Translations under genes and position numbers: made by a program
Notes under the pieces: generated by a model
What the model was told of the DNA's origin: nothing
Databases searched by the model: none
Seen by the model: only the letters and a program-made list of their open reading frames with translations
In this document: piece by piece, positions 28,438 through 32,000 of the stretch
Position numbering within the stretch: position 1 is the stretch's first letter
Layout: each line of letters begins with the position of its first letter
Assembly (NCBI RefSeq): GCF_051307035.1
Contig: NZ_CP195536.1
Location: forward strand, 750,001 to 782,000
DNA length: 32,000 bases
Source of the DNA: Psychrobacter sp. DM4
GTDB lineage: Bacteria; Pseudomonadota; Gammaproteobacteria; Pseudomonadales; Moraxellaceae
Reading direction: 5' to 3'

Positions 28438-29697
28438 ATGAAGCACAATCATACCTTGATCATCGGCGGCGGCGTTGTTGGCGCGACGCTCGCGCTAAAG
28501 CTGGCACAAGCTAAAATGCCCGTTACCTTGGTCGATGCCAGTCCTACCCGTAGCGAGTCTGAATGGCAAACCGTGCTAGAGCGCCGTGATGCCCGTGTCT
28601 ATGCCTTAAGTATGGCAAGTATTAATTTATTAAAAAACGTGAGCGTCTGGCAGAAGATAGCCAAATCTACGCGTAAAGCCGACTACTCACAAATGCAAGT
28701 TTGGCAATTAAACGGTAGAGGTGAGCTGTTATTCGGTGATGATAGCGATACACAGAATGATAAAGTGATGCTCGGCAGTATGGTGGAGCCGTTAGTCATT
28801 GAACACGCACTATGGCAGCGTCTGTTAGAGGACGATATAAGCGATTATTTAACCGTCATCAAAGGGCAAAAGGTGACGCAAATGGATTGGCTTGGCACAG
28901 AGTTGGGCTACCGCGTCACTTTAGATGATGATACGGTTATTAATGCTCAACTGGTCGTTGGTGCCGATGGTCGCAGCTCGTTCGTGCGCCAAAAGGCTGC
29001 TATTGGGCTCGATATCCTCGACTATAATCAAACGGCGATTTGCTGCGCGATTCAAACGGCCAAACCGCATAATGCCACTGCCCGTCAAGCTATGCTGCCT
29101 ACTGGTACGTTGGCACTATTGCCGTTAGCGGACATCACAGAGGAAGACAAGGCACGTCCAGAGCATTGGCAATCGGTCGTCTGGACACTACCGCGCAATC
29201 AAGCACTCGCACTACTAGAAGAAGACGAGCGCACTATCGCTGATAAGCTCGCTTCGGCGAGTAACTACGAGCTTGGGGCAATAGAAAAGATAGAGTCGAT
29301 TGCCAGTTGGCCGTTAGCGGCTCAGCAAGCCAAAAGCTACGCCTCAGACAATCTAGTTTTGATAGGGGACGCCGCGCATGGTGTACATCCGCTAGCAGGG
29401 CAAGGACTCAATCTAGGGATGCTCGATGTACAGGCTCTGTACGATCAGCTCACTCATGACTTTGCCCGTAGTGGCGATACCAGTTGGGGTAGCAATCAAA
29501 CGCTGCGCCGTTATGAGCGTCTGCGTCGTCCGCATAATAGTCTCATGATGCATAGTTTCTCAGCACTGAACTGGCTGTTCGCAGGATCAGCCGCGCAGCT
29601 ACGCCCCATCCAACAAATCCGCAATGAAGGCATGTACCGTGTTGGAAAGATTAAACCTTTAATGCGCTTGTTTGCTAAACAGGCGAGTGGGGTTTAG
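28438..29697 (+). CDS. ubiI: FAD-dependent ubiquinone-biosynthesis monooxygenase, UbiI/VisC (or UbiF)-like
   Basis: IIGGGVVGATLALKLA, GADGRSSFVRQKA, GDAAHGVHPLAGQGLNLGMLD. Collinear with E. coli VisC/UbiI. The paralogue assignment (UbiI versus UbiF) cannot be made by eye. Confidence 0.8.
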   Translation: MKHNHTLIIGGGVVGATLALKLAQAKMPVTLVDASPTRSESEWQTVLERRDARVYALSMASINLLKNVSVWQKIAKSTRKADYSQMQVWQLNGRGELLFGDDSDTQNDKVMLGSMVEPLVIEHALWQRLLEDDISDYLTVIKGQKVTQMDWLGTELGYRVTLDDDTVINAQLVVGADGRSSFVRQKAAIGLDILDYNQTAICCAIQTAKPHNATARQAMLPTGTLALLPLADITEEDKARPEHWQSVVWTLPRNQALALLEEDERTIADKLASASNYELGAIEKIESIASWPLAAQQAKSYASDNLVLIGDAAHGVHPLAGQGLNLGMLDVQALYDQLTHDFARSGDTSWGSNQTLRRYERLRRPHNSLMMHSFSALNWLFAGSAAQLRPIQQIRNEGMYRVGKIKPLMRLFAKQASGV

Positions 29698-29759
29698 GGG
29701 TTCTATGTAGAATAGTTTAAGTAGAAGTATGATTTATCATAATCGATAAAGGGTTTGCT

Positions 29760-30377
29760 ATGACTAAGTCTAAGACAATAAAAGTCTCTGCCACGTTAAT
29801 GATGATAGGCATGGTGGCAACATCAGGATGCCAATCAGTGACTTCAGTTGAGAGTAGTCCTGAAAAAGAAGCTATAGAGCCCTCCATTTGTATAGCTGAG
29901 CCGCCACCTGTCGATAAAAATGGCAAACCTATGCTTGTAACTTTAGAAGATACTTTATCTATGGAGCTACGAGTATTCTTTGATAAAGATAGTGCTGAAT
30001 TAAAAGATAAATACACCTCGGAATTAGATAAAATTATAGCGTTCGCAGATCGCTGCTCCAATCTAGAGTTTTTTGTCCAAGGGCATACCTCTAAACTCGA
30101 ACAGCACACCGCTGAGGATAAGACTCCAAATACTAAAGGTTCGTTTCAGCAGTTATCTTCTATCTCTTTAGCAAGTGCGCGCGCGCAAAGTATCAAAGAT
30201 TATTTGGTTACTCTTGACCTGCCAACAAATAGAATTCGAACCTTTGATTGTGGTGCCGATAGCCCTATTGCCTCTAATGATACTGAGGAGGGTGCCAATA
30301 TGAATCAGCGAGTATACGGTTGGATGTCGGTGTATGAGAGGTATAATCAAACGCTCCTAAATTGCACAGAGTTTTGA
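29760..30377 (+). CDS. OmpA-like-domain lipoprotein (divergent)
   Basis: Lipoprotein signal peptide with lipobox ATSGC. The C-terminal OmpA_C-like block is FFDKDSAEL...L..I...........FVQGHTS...SLASARAQSIKDYL...........GADSPIASNDTEEGANMNQRVYG. AAAGGG SD. Confidence 0.8.
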   Translation: MTKSKTIKVSATLMMIGMVATSGCQSVTSVESSPEKEAIEPSICIAEPPPVDKNGKPMLVTLEDTLSMELRVFFDKDSAELKDKYTSELDKIIAFADRCSNLEFFVQGHTSKLEQHTAEDKTPNTKGSFQQLSSISLASARAQSIKDYLVTLDLPTNRIRTFDCGADSPIASNDTEEGANMNQRVYGWMSVYERYNQTLLNCTEF

Positions 30378-30389
30378 AGGTGAGATAGT

Positions 30390-31004
30390 ATGAAAATTCA
30401 ATTAACAAAGATAATTTCAATTTCGCTGAGCTTTTTAGTTTTGTCAGCTTGCCAGACTCCAGTACCAAACCCTGTTTCAAACAATCGAACAGACCAAATT
30501 ATTGATATACCCGTCGTTGAAGTTAGTTTAGATAGTGATAGCGATGGATATTCTGATGATATAGATATGTGCCCAGGCACTCCAATGAACATAACAGTAG
30601 ATGAAAGGGGCTGTCCTCTTAACCTTATGTTAATAGGTGTTCTAAAAATGGAATATCGAGCTTTTTTCGCCAAGGGCAGTAGTGAGTTATCATCGGAGTA
30701 TCAGCTTGAGCTTGATAGAGTAGCTCAAAAGCTACAAGAGTATGATACGGCAACTATGGCTATTGAAGGACATGCTTCAACAGATGAAACATCAGCTAAT
30801 GATACAGCCTTGCAACCAAATGCTCTAGCAAGAAATAGAACGCTTATCGTCAAAAACTATCTGATAATGCAGCATCAAATTGATCCTAATCGTTTGAGCA
30901 CTGCCAGTTATGGCGCCAAACAGCCTATTGCATCTTCTGATACTGAAGATGGCAAATCTATGAATCGCCGAGTTTATGGGCTGGCTGAGGAGCCTCTGGA
31001 TTAA
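30390..31004 (+). CDS. OmpA-like-domain lipoprotein with a thrombospondin type-3-like Ca-binding repeat
   Basis: Lipobox LSAC. DSDSDGYSDDIDMCPGTPMNITVDERGCP matches the DxDxDGxxDxxDxCPxTP...VDxxGCP repeat seen in bacterial OmpA-family proteins. OmpA_C block FFAKGSSEL...IEGHAS...LARNRTLIVKNYL...YGAKQPIASSDTEDGKSMNRRVYG. It is a paralogue of the preceding gene. Confidence 0.85.
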   Translation: MKIQLTKIISISLSFLVLSACQTPVPNPVSNNRTDQIIDIPVVEVSLDSDSDGYSDDIDMCPGTPMNITVDERGCPLNLMLIGVLKMEYRAFFAKGSSELSSEYQLELDRVAQKLQEYDTATMAIEGHASTDETSANDTALQPNALARNRTLIVKNYLIMQHQIDPNRLSTASYGAKQPIASSDTEDGKSMNRRVYGLAEEPLD

Positions 31005-31068
31005 TTATTTTTGACTTTTTAAAATGCTTAAAATCAAGCACAGGTTTTGAATTTCGAACATCGAGTAT

Positions 31069-31097
31069 TTGACAAATAGATTTCGGTTTAAAACAAT
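31069..31097 (+). promoter_or_regulatory. Candidate sigma70 promoter (TTGACA-N17-AACAAT) for the 31116 gene
   Basis: Consensus -35 hexamer, 17-nt spacer and a 4/6 -10 hexamer, ending about 20 nt upstream of the ATG. I see no terminator hairpin between it and the preceding gene. Confidence 0.35.
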
Positions 31098-31115
31098 AAT
31101 CCAAAGGCAAACCCC

Positions 31116-32000
31116 ATGCTCATCCCTACATACTGGGCGCAACATAAACATCGCTTTAACTCGCCTGCGAAAGCTAATCAACCTTCTAAACAAGCGACAA
31201 TTAAACGCTATGGCTGGTCGGATATCAGTCAAAGCGATGCTCTAGAGCATGCCAGATTACGAGTAGCTGAGGCGCATAAACGCTGGCTGGTAGGCGAGGA
31301 TATACTACGCCGTGAGCGCAAGGAAGAATACAATGAGAATAACGGCATTCCCATCCGCGAGCAGATCGTCTCTAAGCAAGTTTTCCCTTCATCTGTATCA
31401 TTAAAAGAGGCGTTAACGCAGCTGATCGTCACGCGCAACAGCTACGGCGCGCAAGTCGCTAACGTCGACAATATCGCTATCATTGATGTTGATAATGATG
31501 ATCTATTAAGCCATCTCTATCCTGAGCAGTACAACGCTGACGGTTTTATACCTGCTTCAGTCACCACTAAAAGCTCGTCCTCAACTAAAATAAAGGTTTG
31601 GTTTTTTGTGTTTGTCTTTATTTTTGTCGCCAGTATCATCGCTTATCTGGGGCTGTCGTGGTTATGGCTATTAGCATTTATGATAGGCGTCACGGCTTAT
31701 CTATGGCAACAAGCCAACCAAAAAGACAAAGCACGCATACAAAAATACACGGATGACAAAGCCTCTCTACAACCTTTTGTGACTAATTTAATTCAAAAGC
31801 GTATCGATAGCCATCCTACAGAATCTTTTCGTTTGTATGAGACGCCCGCAGGCTTTCGTATCGTAGCCACTCACGATACCATCGCGCCAAGCGATAAAGT
31901 CGTCGCTGAGTGGTTTACTACCTTTTACGCTGATGCGAATTATGTACGTCTGTGTCAAGTGCAGCAATGCTTTCGCGCGCGCCTCACGGCCAAGCCTTGG
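31116..32000 (+). CDS. Uncharacterised membrane protein (2 predicted TM helices in the middle), 5' part; continues beyond the window
   Basis: Own translation from the ATG at 31116: MLIPTYWAQHKHRFNSPAKANQPSKQATIKRYGWSDISQSDALEHARLRVAEAHKRWL...LIVTRNSYGAQVANVDNIAIIDVDNDD...KVWFFVFVFIFVASIIAYLGLSWLWLLAFMIGVTAYLW...FRLYETPAGFRIVATHD...CFRARLTAKPW. It stays open for 295 codons to the window end. AAAGG lies 8 nt upstream. It is missing from the ORF track because it has no stop in the window. Confidence 0.7.
   Translation, partial: MLIPTYWAQHKHRFNSPAKANQPSKQATIKRYGWSDISQSDALEHARLRVAEAHKRWLVGEDILRRERKEEYNENNGIPIREQIVSKQVFPSSVSLKEALTQLIVTRNSYGAQVANVDNIAIIDVDNDDLLSHLYPEQYNADGFIPASVTTKSSSSTKIKVWFFVFVFIFVASIIAYLGLSWLWLLAFMIGVTAYLWQQANQKDKARIQKYTDDKASLQPFVTNLIQKRIDSHPTESFRLYETPAGFRIVATHDTIAPSDKVVAEWFTTFYADANYVRLCQVQQCFRARLTAKPW

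Noticed and set aside
29717-30109. 130-aa ORF antisense to the first OmpA-like lipoprotein gene
   Set aside because: The + strand frame has a lipobox, an SD and an OmpA_C-like domain. The antisense product is Ser/Leu-rich with no features, and long spurious ORFs are expected in AT-rich sequence.
1-32000. Scan for tRNA/rRNA genes, CRISPR repeats, IS or transposase ends, integrases, prophage genes, toxin-antitoxin or defence modules
   Set aside because: I recognised none by eye. All large ORFs are accounted for by housekeeping or envelope genes, and no spaced direct-repeat arrays or terminal inverted repeats were seen. A computational scan (tRNAscan-SE, ISfinder, DefenseFinder/PADLOC) would be needed for a definitive negative.

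Overview
The window reads as an ordinary chromosomal core region of a gammaproteobacterium. Gene order, moderate G+C and the protein sequences suggest Moraxellaceae, most likely Psychrobacter; that is my recollection-based inference, not a search result. I support 29 protein-coding genes. The centre (4745-20893, + strand) is a complete, intact 13-gene NADH:quinone oxidoreductase operon, nuoA-N with fused nuoCD. Left flank: the 5' part of an RND-efflux adaptor gene (-), ispB (-), divergent rplU-rpmA (+) and lolA (+). Right flank: fpr (+), an orphan hypothetical gene (-), a TonB-C-domain gene and mscS (+), phoH/ybeZ-ybeY (-), ubiH-ubiI (+), two tandem OmpA-like lipoprotein genes (+) and an uncharacterised membrane-protein gene that runs off the window (+). 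I found no tRNA or rRNA genes, CRISPR arrays, IS elements, transposases, integrases or phage genes, and no recognisable defence or toxin modules. I do not see a convincing novel multi-gene system. Five things merit a second look. (1) Several complex I subunits (NuoA, NuoG, NuoJ, NuoK, and to a lesser extent NuoF) carry long hydrophilic segments absent from E. coli. (2) The low-G+C tandem OmpA-like pair has an altered peptidoglycan-binding motif and sits next to an unknown two-TM protein. (3) An orphan 270-aa gene uses a TTG start. (4) A TonB-C protein has a Gln-rich coiled coil instead of a Pro-rich spacer. (5) There are several non-coding structures: a 12-bp perfect inverted repeat upstream of nuoA, a 150-nt gap inside the operon, a switch-like leader upstream of rplU, and two short tandem duplications. 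All functional calls rest on motif recognition by eye. Lengths of E. coli homologues are quoted from memory.
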